From Eledone cirrhosa (taxonomy: Eukaryota), in NCBI GenBank assembly GCA_964016885.1, contig OZ024743.1, forward strand, positions 247,876,001-247,940,000: DNA of 64,000 nucleotides. The letters run 5' to 3'. Made by a program: the position numbers and the translations under genes. A model generated the notes under the pieces. The model was not told where the DNA came from, ran no database searches, and was given only the letters and a program-made list of their open reading frames with translations. Of the stretch, positions 23,453-36,556 are shown piece by piece (positions within the stretch are counted from its first letter, which is position 1; every line of letters begins with the position of its first letter).

Positions 23453-23727
23453 GATTCGTTTGTTCACCAACAGTAACTTGACGTTTTATTGTTAAAGGTG
23501 TAAAATTAACTAGACTGTAAGTTGAAATTTTTTTATTCGGGAGAATTGGGGCGCACAGCTAAGAGAAGAATGCACACATTGTACACCTATCCTCGGGCGC
23601 TAAATAACCAGGCGCTGGTTCTGACCTGGACCCTGACCCAATCAGATAAGAGTTTGCTTTTAGCTTACTGTACTAATTTCTGAAAATAGTGAATATTACT
23701 CATGGCATTAAATTATAACTCTTTTAC

Positions 23728-23915
23728 GGCGGTGGATTGGCAGTATCGGTAGAGGGTCGGACGCCATGCTTTCCAGCATAGTTACATCCCTTTACGATCT
23801 GAGTTCAAATCCCGTCGAGGTTGATTTTGCCTTTCATCCTTACGGGGTCGATAAAATAAAGTACCAGTAAGGCACTGGGTAATTGCTGGCCTTGTGCCTA
23901 AAGTATAAACAATTA
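23728..23915 (+). mobile_element. SINE family A, full length
   Basis: GGCGGTGGATTGGCAG...GAGTTCAAATCCCG...; flanking direct repeat ATTAAATTATAACTCTTTTAC on both sides (TSD-like). Confidence 0.9.
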
Positions 23916-23944
23916 AATTATAACTCTTTTACAAGACGTATTAA

Positions 23945-24335
23945 TGGTTTCTAACACAGGCCAGAAATTTAAGACGCGAAAATCGAGCACTTTATTTTAT
24001 CAACTCCAGAAGTATCAACGGCAAAGTTGATCTCGGCTAGATTTGAACTCAGAACGTAAAGAGGCGGACCAAATGCTGCAAAAGATTTCTTCCAACGTTC
24101 TAATGATTGCACTACAAGACGTATTAATGATTTCTAATTTAAGGTACAAGACCAACAATCATGTGGAGTGGTCGATTATATCGACCACATTACGTGACTA
24201 GTATTTTATTTTATTGGTCCTAGAAGGATAAAAGGCAAAGTTAACCTCGGCGGGATTTGAACTCAGAATGTAAAGGGCCGTAACTAATTGCTGTAAAGCA
24301 TTTTGTCTGACACCAGCGATTCTGCGACCCCACCC
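23945..24335 (-). mobile_element. Two SINE family A copies
   Basis: GATTTGAACTCAGAA cores at about 24045 and 24260; ACAAGACGTATTAATG-like motif repeated at the junctions. Confidence 0.75.
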
Positions 24336-25131
24336 CCCTACAAGACAATTAATGATTAACATTATATATTTAAATGAATAAGTCTATTTGTGACGCCCTT
24401 AGGTCATCTAGTAAACTGAAATTATAATGACTTTGGCACAGAACAAAACAAAGAAGGTAGCTGAACTTCCCAAATGACCTCTTCTGGTCAGAGGTTCAAC
24501 TCTACTAGTCTTTCATCCTGTAGTGTTTTCTGGTTTTCTTTTCATTTTACAGTAATTAATCTGTTTTATATCATGACTATGCCTGAAAATGATTTCATCA
24601 TAACTTCCTTCTCTCCTTTGTTCTCTTACTTTCTTACCTTTTCTTTTCTGCTTGTCTGTATTTTGTTCTCTTTCTTTCGTTCGTTGTTTGAAATTTAAAT
24701 GTCGGCTCATTTTTTAGCAACGCAAAAGGAAATCCTGTAAACTTTCTCTGTAATCTATATCCCCCTCCTCTGTTGTAGGTGACATGCTGGATAATTTTAT
24801 TGTTATAACCTCTCATTCAAACCCAATGCTTTTCAAGCTGGTGAAGCCTGGCCGTTTCGTTGCTTTTTTTCTTTCTAAGACATCCCGAACATACAGATGT
24901 GTATTTAAATAATTGGAATTGCTGGGGGACATTTGTCGTCTGCCATAAAAAAAAAATTTAAAAAAAATGCCAACAATAACAGGACAGAACGGGCGTTTTA
25001 CAGTGCAAATATTTGGATAAACATCATATAGATTAAAGCAACGAAATAACCATAGAAATGATTAATTCTTAAATAGAATAGCAGTAAATCTTTTCAGTTT
25101 TGCGATTAGAACATGTCTATACAGCTATTAT

Positions 25132-25400
25132 AGGCGACGAATTGGCAGAGTCGCTAGAAGATCGGATAAAATACTTTGCGGTATTCTTTCCGGCTCTCTG
25201 TGCATTGAGTTTAAAACCTGCCACAGTAGGCCGATAAATAAAGTACCAGTCCAGTACTACATCTCTTGCTCACCACACACTCTCTTGTATTCAGACATTG
25301 AGAGGAAACGGACACCGTCGGGTTTAAAATGCCCAAGACATGCTGTATTTCATGACGGCGCCCCCAACGACTCCATTAGGTGTTACGGACTCATGCATAC
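25132..25400 (+). mobile_element. SINE family A (internally deleted) plus 3' module
   Basis: GGCGACGAATTGGCAGAG head; GATAAATAAAGTACCAG. Confidence 0.65.
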
Positions 25401-25719
25401 AGCTATTCCGTTTAGGTCCCGAACAATATCACAATAAATGACCCGAGAAAAATATTAAATATTTTCTTTAAATTTATTAAACCTGTCAATTTGATTCAAT
25501 GATATACCTATTCTTTTAAACACAGTCTGAAGAGGTAACGCCAAAACTTCAAGTTGATGTTATGTTTTTCTTCGGAAACTATCTATTCTCATATGGAATC
25601 TACGAATCTTTGTAGACAATTTCAAATCATAACACTTCGTTATTTAGAATGATCAGAGTCAGCTTATTATAGTTATATTACCATACCGTATATTATTGAT
25701 AATGATATAATTCATACGG

Positions 25720-25952
25720 TGCGACGCTTAGTAGTTAAGCATCATTTTTCACGTTGCTCCAGTCCACTCAGCTGGCAAAATATTAGTTGCATCTAATTCA
25801 AAGAGTCAGTCTTGACATGCCGAATCTCCCTGAGTACTACGTCATGGATTCATATGCTTGAAATGATTAACCACTTGCTCGTTAATTTCTCGGGTACGCT
25901 ATTCCGTTGTTCAAACAACCAGAACACTCTTCGTTTGAACAAACGGAGGTTC
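25720..25952 (+). mobile_element. SINE family B, degenerate
   Basis: GCTCCAGTCCACTCAGCTGGCAAAA...AATCTCCCTGAG. Confidence 0.65.
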
Positions 25953-26061
25953 AACACACACATACCAATCATAATACTACGCCTCATATGTTTGTATATG
26001 TGAGTTCGGGGCTCAATAGGAGTAACCACAGTAAGGCACTCAATATCTTAGTAGAGTATAT

Positions 26062-26201
26062 ACAAATTTATTATAGAAATGGCTTCTACAAGACTAGAAC
26101 TTTTTCATTCGAAGGAAATCATCATGAAAGCCCTTTCCTGATGATTTCCTGCGAATGAAAAGTTCTAGTCCTGTAGAAAGCCATTTCTATATTAAATTTG
26201 T
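26062..26201. repeat. ~140-bp imperfect palindrome next to (TA)n
   Basis: Centre GAAAG-CC-CTTTC; arms ATAGAAATGGC..CTACAAGACTAGAAC..CATTCG..GGAAATCATCA and the complement. Confidence 0.9.
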
Positions 26202-26608
26202 TAATATATATATATATATATGGAATAGAATGAAACGAAATTTCATTTCTCACTCTTAGTACGGCACTTACTTAAATGTAAGTATGTATGTAATAACCTT
26301 CAAAAGGTAATGTGGTAGTTCGAGTTGCAACGATAAAAGATGAACTTGTCGAATTCTTTTTGAGAAATCGGCAAGATAAAGGAATTAATTTTGCACATAA
26401 ATTTTCTATCAACAAAAAAATAAAAGTAAAAATGAGCCTACCAAAATATTACCTTACGAGGCACTTCAAGGCAACCTATTTCCGGTTGACAAATTAAAAT
26501 TATTTCATTGAAGGTAGGTTTACTGAAATGTGTACATGCACCAAATATAATTTAGTAACGCGTATTTATTTCCTTCTTCATACTTCAACTAATATATATA
26601 TATAATTA

Positions 26609-26680
26609 CTAGCAGTAAAGCCCGGCGTTGCTCGGGGCTGCTCAGTAGCTGTGTTAAAGTTACAATGTTAAGTTCCTTTC
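26609..26680 (-). mobile_element. Helitron 3' terminus (hairpin + CTAG)
   Basis: Reverse complement CCCGAGCAACGCCGGG-CTTTACTG-CTAG|T matches the canonical Helitron 3' end; 71-bp duplicate at 27270-27340. Confidence 0.75.
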
Positions 26681-26969
26681 TTGGCTTAAAAACTGTAGAG
26701 TCTACAATGTAGACTTTCATGTGGTACTTTTGTTTAATATTCCCTCAACCAACAGTATGCCTTATGAAGTTAAGAAAACATAACCATAACTCGAATGTTA
26801 AAACAAAAGAGGATGCTGGGGATAAAATCTGCACTGGTAATCTATTAACAAAAATCGAAAATGTAAACGCTGCAACACTTGTCTCAGAGAAAAACATCAG
26901 CGTAACCAAAATATCAGTTATTTTGAAACAAAGAAATTGGATGGACATGAAAAAAAAAAAAAAAATGCA

Positions 26970-27270
26970 ATTTTATCGCCTATCACCTCTCTGCACAACT
27001 TTATCGCCTATATCACCTCTCTGCACGACTGTCTGTCTACATGCCTCCAGCGTCTATCAGCCCGACTGTCTGTCTTCACAACTTTATCGCCTATATCACC
27101 TCTCTGTCTGTCTGCACAACTTTATCGCCTATATCACCTCTCTGCACGACTGTCTGTCTGCACAACTTTATCGCCTATATCACCTCTCTGCACGACTGTC
27201 TGTCTGCACAACTTTATCGCCTATATCACCTCTCTGCACAACTTTCTGTCTGCACAACTTTATCGCCTAT
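26970..27270. repeat. ~46-bp minisatellite, about 6 imperfect copies
   Basis: Unit CTGCACAACTTTATCGCCTATATCACCTCTCTGCACGACTGTCTGT. Confidence 0.9.
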
Positions 27271-27594
27271 AGCAGTAAAGCCCGGCGTTGCTCGGGGCTG
27301 CTCAGTAGCTGTGTTAAAGTTACAATGTTAAGTTCCTTTCACATTCATCTGTAGAACAAACGTAGCCCATGTGTCAAGTTTTGTGAAAATCGGTTGCGAA
27401 CTCCAGAAGTTATGACGTTTTGTTGCATTGCACTGTAGTGCTTCAGTCGACTGCAAGAAATTGGGTGAAGCGGGTTATCTGCCGGGAGGCCTTATAATCA
27501 ATATCTGGGAAAATGAAAATGCCCATGACCATCCGGAGTACATAAGTAACCTATGTCTTAAGTTTGGTGAAAAATACTCTAGAAATGTATAAAG

Positions 27595-27670
<76 letters not shown>
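27270..27670 (-). mobile_element. Second non-autonomous Helitron segment ending in (CA)n
   Basis: Duplicate 3' hairpin; AAGTTTTGTGAAAATCGG and AAGTTTGGTGAAAA motifs typical of Helitron/HINE internal sequence. Confidence 0.55.
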
Positions 27671-27672
<2 letters not shown>

Positions 27673-27764
27673 TGTGTGTGTATTTGTGTGCGTATGTCCG
27701 TCGGTGCATACGTATGTACTGGCCTAAATCTTCACTATTTACTTTTACTATTTTAAGGCAAAGT

Positions 27765-27875
27765 TAAAATCCCGTCGAGGTTAACTTTGCCTTTCATCCT
27801 TACGGGGTTGATAAAATAAAGTACCAGTAATGTACTGGGTAATTGCTGGCCTTGTGCCAAAGGTAGAAACAACTA
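27765..27875 (+). mobile_element. SINE family A, 3' half
   Basis: AATCCCGTCGAGGTTAACTTTGCCTTTCATCC...AGAAACAA. Confidence 0.8.
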
Positions 27876-28719
27876 TTTTAATAACCTCTGTCATTTTCGT
27901 TTACAATTTTATTTACATCATTCTTAAACTCCGGGGCTGGAAATCATTCGGTTATTTTAAATAGAATATTAGTCTAACGACTCTATTTAAACCATAAACT
28001 TGGTCTCGTCTTTGCATGAAATTGTTCTTCTCGCTCCACATAACAACGTATTATCCTCGCTTTTTTTTCCGTTCATTGCCACGGAACGTCTTCACGAACC
28101 AAAATATCGTCTTCCTGTTTTCCTTCGGCTGCAACGTTTCTCGAAATATTTAATTCTGCGTTCACAGATTGAATTTTTTAGTTTAAGATCCCGTTAATGT
28201 TGAAAGCAGCGATTCTTTGCTTAAACTTTCTTTCTTTCTCAACCCCCTCTCCCTTTTTCTCATACCCTCTCTCTCTCTCATTCATACCCCCTCTCTCTCT
28301 CTTCTACAGAATGGAGAACAATAAAGAACGCGCAGATCTCTCTCTCTCTCTGTCTCATTCTCTCTGTCTTTATATATATATGTGTTTGTTTGTGTATGTG
28401 TGTGAACCAGCGTTCGTCACCATTCTCTCTCTCTCTCTCTATCTGATTATCTTGTACCTCTCTCTGTATAACGACCTATCTCACTCTCTCTCTACATCTC
28501 CCTTTCTCTCTTTAGATGTATATGTATATGTGTGTGTGTGTGATATATATATAGAGAGAGTTGCAACATGTATGTAGTTTCATAGATTTTTTTTATGGTA
28601 GTAGTGAGAGGAATGAAGCGTGTAAGAGAGAGAGAGTTACAGCATGTATTTAGATTTATCGATTTTCTTTTCATAGAAGCAGGAAATTTTTGGCAAAAAT
28701 TATTACGCGTTGACCTGAC

Positions 28720-28833
28720 TTGGTAAATTTGGAGCACATGGGGGAAAAAAATCATCAAAATCGGTAGAGAAATGTGGAAATGCATACAAATCATACACAC
28801 ACACAGACAGACATCTACCGTTTTATATATAGA
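28720..28833 (-). mobile_element. Helitron-like 5' terminus
   Basis: Reverse complement starts TCTATATATAAAACGGTAGATGTCTGTCTGTGTG; also a CATCAAAATCGG motif. Confidence 0.55.
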
Positions 28834-29917
28834 ATGTGCTCTAAAGCACTCATAAGGATATATGAAAAAAGAAATGATAAAATAGTTCAAACTTGAACAT
28901 AGTCGTGTTTTTAATAAATGCCCAAAAGGAAAACTGTTCCCATAAATATGAATACACACACAAATTAATAGATATCATTGACGTGAGTTCATCAAGAAAG
29001 ATGATGGTGATGTCGATGACAGTGGCTGTTTAGTAAAGACGTTCGCTTCGTAACCACGAGGATGGAGGTTCGATCCCACTGCGTGACACATTGCACAAAC
29101 TTCTATATTCTCCAGCTGACCAGGGCTTCGTGTACTTGTCTCCGCGTACGTCTTCATATCGACATCGTTTAAAGCAAGCGGTAACGTTTGTTTATGTTCA
29201 ATATAACTAATAAGTCTTGCAGCTTAGCGGTATATATCATGTTTTTGTTGTTTATGTTGTACTATTGTGTCAACACTAGTGTTGTTGTTCTTGTGATGGT
29301 GGTATGAAAAATGTCAATGCTTGGGAATTCATTTTCATCATTTTTGCTTATTGTTGGCGACGGTAGCTTTGTTGGTGATGTCAGTAGTGGTAGTGACGTT
29401 AGTCTTATTCGCTGTTGTATTCTGGCTGCTATTAAAAAATGTAGCATGACATTTTCGAGCAGTTTTTCGCTATTCTGTCGGAGGAGGTGTTAGCTTCCAT
29501 TTTTAAAAAAATATATATTATGGGCGTAATGTGCGGATATAGTTGTAATATTTAGACCCTTTTCTATGCTTCAATTTTTTTCAGTCCAAACGTCAATAGC
29601 ATTATTCAGATAGAACAATGTCCACACACATTACACACACTATAAAATAAGCACCTAAGGAAATAAAACAACACATCTCATACAAAATATATTCTTCAAG
29701 ATTAATATCCAATAGAATAATATACACTATACACGACAGAACAAACACTAAAAATAATACACGTATATATATAACTTCCAGTTTCATTTCACATTATATA
29801 CATGTCTGTGTATATTTTAATTATTTAAAAATTATTTCAAGTGAACATGATTTTTAAAAAATATTTTGAAGTGAACGTGACCTAAGGGGTCACGGGTGGT
29901 CTAGTACAAAATATAAT

Positions 29918-30090
29918 AATTGTTTCTACTTTAGGCACAAGGCCAGCAATTACCCAGTGCATTACTGGTACTTTATTTTATCGACCCCGTAAAGATGAAA
30001 GGCAAAGTCAACCTCGACGGGATTTGAACTCAGATCGTTAAGGGACGTAACTATGCTGGAAAGCATGGCGTCCGACCCTCTACTGATATT
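29918..30090 (-). mobile_element. SINE family A
   Basis: Near-identical reverse complement of the 23728-23915 copy. Confidence 0.85.
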
Positions 30091-30124
30091 TGTCTGTAAT
30101 GGTATCTATGAGTATGCTCTAGGC

Positions 30125-30384
30125 CAGGGGTCCCCAACCTTTTGGATCCGCGGGCCGGATAGCCATGCAGCGATGGCTCCGCGGGCCGGATGCGCAATTA
30201 ATACTACTTATATACACTGTCCCAAGCAGAAAAATACATTTAAAGATTGTTTTCTTCGGCAATATCGATAGATCGGGTTCGAATTTATTGCAAACTGTAC
30301 CCTTTTTAGAAACTTCGCGGGCAGGGTAAAGGCCTTCGTGGGCCAGATTGAAACCCTTCGAGGGCCGGGGATTGGGGACCCCTT
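30125..30384. mobile_element. hAT-superfamily MITE (Charlie/Buster-like), 260 bp
   Basis: TIRs CAGGGGTCCCCAA / TTGGGGACCCCTT; perfect 8-bp TSD CTCTAGGC at 30117-30124 and 30385-30392; internal GCGGGCCG repeats. Confidence 0.9.
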
Positions 30385-30571
30385 CTCTAGGCTTATGATA
30401 TTTTCATATTTAATTTTCATTGAGCTTTTATAGTACAACTGATCGATATAACTTTATTTTATTTCGATCTATATCTGTTATTTCAAGTGTTAAACTAATA
30501 TATTTCTTCAAAATACTGTTTGCTTTATTTCTGTTTACTTTTTACATGCATACATATACGTATATATATAT

Positions 30572-30760
30572 AATTGTTTCTACTTTCGGCACAAGGCCAG
30601 CAATTATCCCAGTGTATTACTGGTACTTTATTTTATCAACCCCGTAAGGATGAAAGGCAAAGTTAACTTCGACGGGATTTGAACTCAGACTGTAAAGGGA
30701 CGTAACTATGCTGCAAAGTATGGTGTCCGACCCTCTACCGATACTGCCAATCCACCGTAT
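30572..30760 (-). mobile_element. SINE family A, full length
   Basis: AATTGTTTCTAC...GGATTTGAACTCAG...CTGCCAATCCACC. Confidence 0.88.
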
Positions 30761-31081
30761 ATATAATGTAGATTCCAGAGTTGTGACGGCCGGGTAACCA
30801 CAAAAAGGTACTCAAAACATTGGTAGAATATAGGCATTTTAAAATAAAATAATATATATAGAGAGAAGAGGGGAGTGAGAGGAAGCGAGAGAGAGAGAGA
30901 GATAAACAACATTCTTCCCTACGCATGGGTAACAGCCACTTAATGAGGATCAAAGTACATCAACATTGAGGCCACCCTCAGTTCCGTGTATATCATTAAT
31001 GTTTTATAAAAGAACCATACTATGTTAATAGATTAATACAATCCCACACTGGAACATGTTCAAACACACATGCCCGCGCAC

Positions 31082-31127
<46 letters not shown>

Positions 31128-31129
<2 letters not shown>

Positions 31130-31330
31130 GGACCTCCGTCGTCGGTTCCAACGAAGAGTGTTCCAGTTGTTTGACAAACGGAACAGCTTGCTTAATAAAT
31201 TAACGTGCAAATGGCTGGGGAAATTTCACAGATACGTGTAACCATAACGTACTTCTCAAGGAGATTTAGCGCGACACAATGTGTGTGCGTGACAAGGCTG
31301 GACCTTTGAATTATAGATACAACTCACCCC
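31128..31330 (-). mobile_element. SINE family B, 3' part, next to (TG)n; the head appears at 31812-31855
   Basis: GGACCTCCGTCG..AACGGAACAGC..GACAAGGCTGG. Confidence 0.8.
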
Positions 31331-32649
31331 ACTCGGAGTTTTCTCTACGATTATTATTATTTTTTTTTTTCGCGTGTTATCAACGAATATGACCGCTAAA
31401 CCAGTTGGAAACGACTAGATTTGTAGGGAAAAGAGGATGAAGGAGACGAAAAGACCATCGGAGTTTCGTATGTCTACACACCTCTCTTGGAAATAATTAT
31501 TTTTCCTAATTTTTTTTTTTTTTTTTTGTGCTATGAACTAATCTCACCTCATCGATGTTCACAATCGACTTTTTTTCCCGGGTTAGGGTTTCTGTTTTCT
31601 GGGAAAAGAGTCGATTGCGAGAATCTAAGCGGTCAGATTACTTAATAGCATAGAACACGTGAAAAGGAAAAGAAAAAGGGAAAAATAATCTTGGATGTTA
31701 GATTAGTTCACACGGAAAAAAAAAAATTACACTGAAATTGAGTGGGTGTTCTATAAATTTACCATAGAATGCTTTGTTAATTCGATTTCCAGCGGTGCGT
31801 TTTAACAACTTTACGACTGTGAGCCGAACACCCTAACAACTAAGACACGCGCCAGCACACGCGTACACTGAAGACCAATGTAAACATAAACGTCTGGCAG
31901 CTTTTAATCTCAAACAAGACAGCTTTATCACCTTGGTAGTAACCGGCTTTTACTCCGTTGTAAACGAAAAACTACACGGAAGACGATACGTAAACACAAA
32001 TGCATACATGTAAACAAGTGAGAGAGTAAACATACACACACATTCACACGTATACTTTCATACATATATACACATACAAATACGTATTTGCACAAAAAAG
32101 CATATAAATATGCATATTTGTACATAGTGAACATTATATATTTACACATATTACTTATGTATCAAAGGTAGAACTATATTAACAATTCTCAAAAGAAAGT
32201 AGAGAATTATGATAGTTTATATACTTATATATTTACACATATGCACAAGTGAATATATATATATTTACACACGTACGTAAATAAATATTCATGTACAGTG
32301 TTCATACATATGCACACGTATACATACATATTCATGCACACACAAGCATTTATGTGAATATGTAAGGACAAAAATCCCACCGGACAAATTCTCTAGGACA
32401 AAATCCCCACCCCTACCGGACGAAAAACCCCACAGTAAAAGGAAATAAAAATACAAAAGATAAAACAAAATCTATTTATGGTTTCTAGTAGTTAACATTA
32501 TGTTATGAAAAATAGAAACGAGCTCTCTAGCTGCCGATCGTATTCAAATTATGTATATTTTTTACTATGTGGGTATTTTGTCTGGTAAGTTTTATGGACC
32601 CAACGTGTTTACATGTAGTTAAACTTGTACACATTTGCGTAAACATGTG

Positions 32650-32905
32650 TTGGACCTTCGTCGATTCCAACGACCATTGTTACAGTTGTTTAATCAACGG
32701 AACAGCCCGTCCGTGAAATAAATGTGCAAGTAGTTCAGCATTCTATAGACATGAATACCTTTAACACATTTCTCTGGGACATTCAACGTGGCGTGACACA
32801 GTGTGTGACAAAGCTGGCCTTTTGAATTTACAGGTACAACTTATTTATGCGAGCTAAGTGGAAAGAAGCAACGTGAAATAAAGTGTCTTGCAGAAAGACA
32901 TAACA
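32650..32905 (-). mobile_element. SINE family B
   Basis: TCAACGGAACAGCC...GTGAAATAAAGTGTCTTG. Confidence 0.8.
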
Positions 32906-33453
32906 TGTACGTACACATGCACACACAAACATACTAATACGTATCTAGAAAAAAATGTAGGGTGAATGCATCATCTTACCTGAGAATACATCCTTAGGAT
33001 TTATTTTCTCTTCGTTAAAGCAAACAGGGACTGTTGGATAACTTTAACAAGCAACAAGATAAATAATGTGAGTCCAGGGCATTGTTCAACTATATTATCA
33101 TCAGCTGTTTGTGGCTGATGATAGCGGAGTAGTAGCAGCAGCAGTGATTAGACGATCTACAGTCAAATTGGCGATCCTCAACTTGTGGAAAAGCTTATAT
33201 ATTGTAGATCATATTATTTTGTCGCTTTGTATTGACACTTCTTATACATACATCCATATACACACATATACTTCACTGGCTTTCGTGCCCATCCTACCTC
33301 ACCTAACGCATACAATACAATGCATACTTATATACATACGTATACACATGTATATATATATATACAAACATATACAGACACACATACATATATAAATGCA
33401 CACACAATAATCACACATACATCCGCGCGCGCGCACACGCACGCACGCACACG

Positions 33454-33523
<70 letters not shown>

Positions 33524-33729
33524 TCTAAATCCATACTTACATGTGACTTGAGAGAGCAGACCAACTAGGATATATTACATTACGATATTGTTTTTTAATG
33601 AGAGAAGGAAAGGCGTACTTAATACTCTTGAATTTTCTTTAAAACATCCTTTTCTTGCTAACAGGTACAAATTATTTGACGTGGAAGGGGTATGTAAAAG
33701 CGCTTGGCTTACTGGTTATGCTGTTGGTT

Positions 33730-34045
33730 AGGCGCATGGCTTTGTGGTTAGGGTATTCGGCTCACAATCGTAAGATCGTGAGTTCGATTCCCGGCGGCGT
33801 GTTGAATCCTTCACCAAGGAACTTTATTTCATGTTCCTCAAATGCACTCAACTGGCAAAAATGAGTTGTACCTGTAGTTCGAAAGGTCAGCCTTGTCACA
33901 TTTTGTGTCACTTTGAATCGGAAAACTACGTTAAGAGTACGGGTGTCTGTGTAATGTTCAGCCACGTGTACGTTAATTTAACGAGCAGGCTGTTCTATTG
34001 ATCGGATCAACTGGAACTCGTCGTCATAACCGTCGGAGTGCTAGT
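33730..34045 (+). mobile_element. SINE family B, full length
   Basis: GGCGCATGGCTTTGTGGTTAGGG, B-box GAGTTCGATTCCC, family B body. Confidence 0.9.
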
Positions 34046-34140
34046 ATAATAAATATATATCTTGATTATTGGTGCTCGGTGGGGGGCATGGGGCAGCAAA
34101 CATTTTGACTGTGTACTCTTTCGCAAGGAATGCATTTCAT

Positions 34141-34171
<31 letters not shown>

Positions 34172-35372
34172 AATTCAGCGAGAATCGTATTTCGGCGGGT
34201 AGAAAAAGCGAAACGTAACGCAAATTCCGAGTCATGCTGGCAAGCGCTCCATGGGCCAGACCAATAAACATAGGTTATAAAGGCCATACAAACTGAGAAG
34301 GCGGCCAAGAAGCCATTAACCACCTAAGCCAAAAAACAAGTCAAGCTAAACAGGTCAGACAAAATAAATGACATTCATATATTTATATAACAAACCTGGA
34401 CCCTTAGAATTGATGGTATAATCCAGTACAGGGTTTCTGCGATACCTAAATCAATAATACTGTCTGCTTAAAACAATAAGCTTTTGGTATAATGATCGAA
34501 CGAGGAATATCCCGTTATCAACAGGTATTTTGTTCTGCGCCAGTATTGTGGATGACACAGTGTTTTGTAAAAGCACTTGTGTAACTCACAGGGGAAAAAC
34601 CCCATATTTTGGCAAATGAATTCAGTATATGTAAATCCATGCAAAAAATTGCATAAATAGCATAAATCGAATAAGCTCTCGACCGGGTAGTTTTTAAAAT
34701 AAACTTATGCAATTAATCTGTCATTTATATATATATAAATGAAGTATTTCCGTCGGAAAAATACAGGAAAAAAGAGTGCTCTATGTAGCTTATTAGTTAT
34801 GTAATAAACAACATAAGATAATTATTTCATTTACCAGTGGTTTCTTGAAGGCAGATGTTATATCTGTCTTCAGTCGTCAGAATGAATAAATAGCATGGTG
34901 TTTTTATTAAATATGGATGAAAACAAAATTTAGGAAATATGAAAGTGAGGCTGAAAAAACGGGCAAAAAGGAATTAGGAGAAAAAATATATAAATAAATA
35001 TCCAGAAGATAAACCTACATACACTCAACCACGCGCTAATACGTAAAGGTACGTAGACGTATACTTTCTCATATAACCGTATTTGCGTCTACATGGAAAT
35101 ACGAACAGACACATAAATACATACACACACATATACACAAATATATATGCACTCATATATGTGCACACAAACACACACACACACACACATATAAAAAAAT
35201 ACACACACATACACATACATACAAACACAAAAGGCTCTATACATACGCGCACGTGTATATATACACATACACATATATATACACACGCATATACACATAC
35301 ATATCCATACACACATATATACATGCATGCATACCCCCCCCCCCCCCCCACACACACATATATATATACAAT

Positions 35373-35623
35373 ATATTAATAAATGGAAACTATATTTTTT
35401 ATAAAACCATATTTATTTTATTATATATCTTTCAAGGGCGACCAAGGTAAATTATGGTGCGCTTTCATCAGATAAAATACAGATTTGTTTTATAAATAAA
35501 TATTGACATACCCTGAAAAAAGACAACCTCAACGGTTGAAATTTGCTGGATAGTTTGTTGAGTGCTTTATATCAGTTATAAAAATGTTTAAGCTTGTTGA
35601 ATCCCAACAAATTAAATATAACC

Positions 35624-35626
<3 letters not shown>
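35373..35626 (-). mobile_element. Family B HHR element: body on minus strand fused to plus-oriented tail (about 35553-35626)
   Basis: Homologous to 38365-38620 and 63515-63676; TA-flanked. Confidence 0.75.
35414..35479 (-). ncRNA. Type I hammerhead ribozyme motif (family B)
   Basis: Reverse complement reads TATTTTAT-CTGATGA-AAGCGCACCA..TGGTCGCCCTT-GAAA-GATATA-TA-ATAAAATA. Confidence 0.78.
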
Positions 35627-35658
<32 letters not shown>

Positions 35659-35898
35659 GCACATGCACATATCAATATGTGCGAACCATTGGGAAATAGT
35701 TCAGAAGCAGAAATAACTAAATAAATAAGATCAAAATAATTCAAAAAATATATAAGAAAATCAAAATCAAAATAAAGTCAAAAAGGGACGTGTTGACAAC
35801 GAAGGGTGTGTGTGAGTGTGGGGGGGGGGGGGGGGGGGGATAAGTACAAACAACTTAAAAATAAACAAATACATACGATATGCATATATAGTATATAT

Positions 35899-36217
35899 AT
35901 ATTATTCAAAATATTAAGAAATGAAGGATATTCACATAATCAAAATATATGGTTTATTATATATATTTCAAAGGTACTGTGCTGTTTTTTCATATATCAA
36001 ATCATATATTTTATCTGATGAAGACGTACTGAAAAAACAGCACAGTACCTTTGAAATATATATAATAAAGCATATATTTTGATTATGTGAATATCCTTCA
36101 TTTGTTAATATTTTGAATAATATTAAAAACTCCAGGACAACTTTTTCTTGTAGAGTGCTTTTAATCTATTGTAAAATTGTATTCATTGAGTAATCAACGA
36201 ACCATAGTAATCTTTGG

Positions 36218-36218
<1 letters not shown>
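35899..36218 (+). mobile_element. Fold-back family B HHR element; inverted arms 35899-35992 / 36030-36123
   Basis: ~94-bp arms with few mismatches; the HHR core lies in the loop; followed by an ACTC..GAGTGCTT tail and (TA)n. Confidence 0.85.
36007..36070 (+). ncRNA. Type I hammerhead ribozyme motif (family B)
   Basis: TATTTTAT-CTGATGA-AGACGTACTG..CAGTACCTTT-GAAA-TATATA-TA-ATAAAG. Confidence 0.82.
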
Positions 36219-36259
<41 letters not shown>

Positions 36260-36403
36260 ACACACACACATATGTATATATATATAAAAATAAATATATA
36301 CATATATATATGCATATATATATATATATATATATACACATACACACATACAAACACACACATATGTATATATATAAAAATAAATATATACATATATATA
36401 TGC

Positions 36404-36440
<37 letters not shown>

Positions 36441-36556
36441 ATAGGAACAAGTAAGACCCCGGGGTCTTACTTGTTCCTATTACCCACTCTACTACCCTAA
36501 GTATTGAGTACTTTGGTGCGTTATGGTCCACCTGGTTCCTTACCACATTTCCTTCG

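Noticed and set aside
25527-25552. CTGAAGA-GG taacg CC-AAAAC hammerhead-like string
   Set aside because: GAAA is absent, stem II is only 2 bp, and there is no stem I
34846-34873. Hairpin containing CTGAAGA on the minus strand
   Set aside because: No GAAA or stem III; a simple inverted repeat
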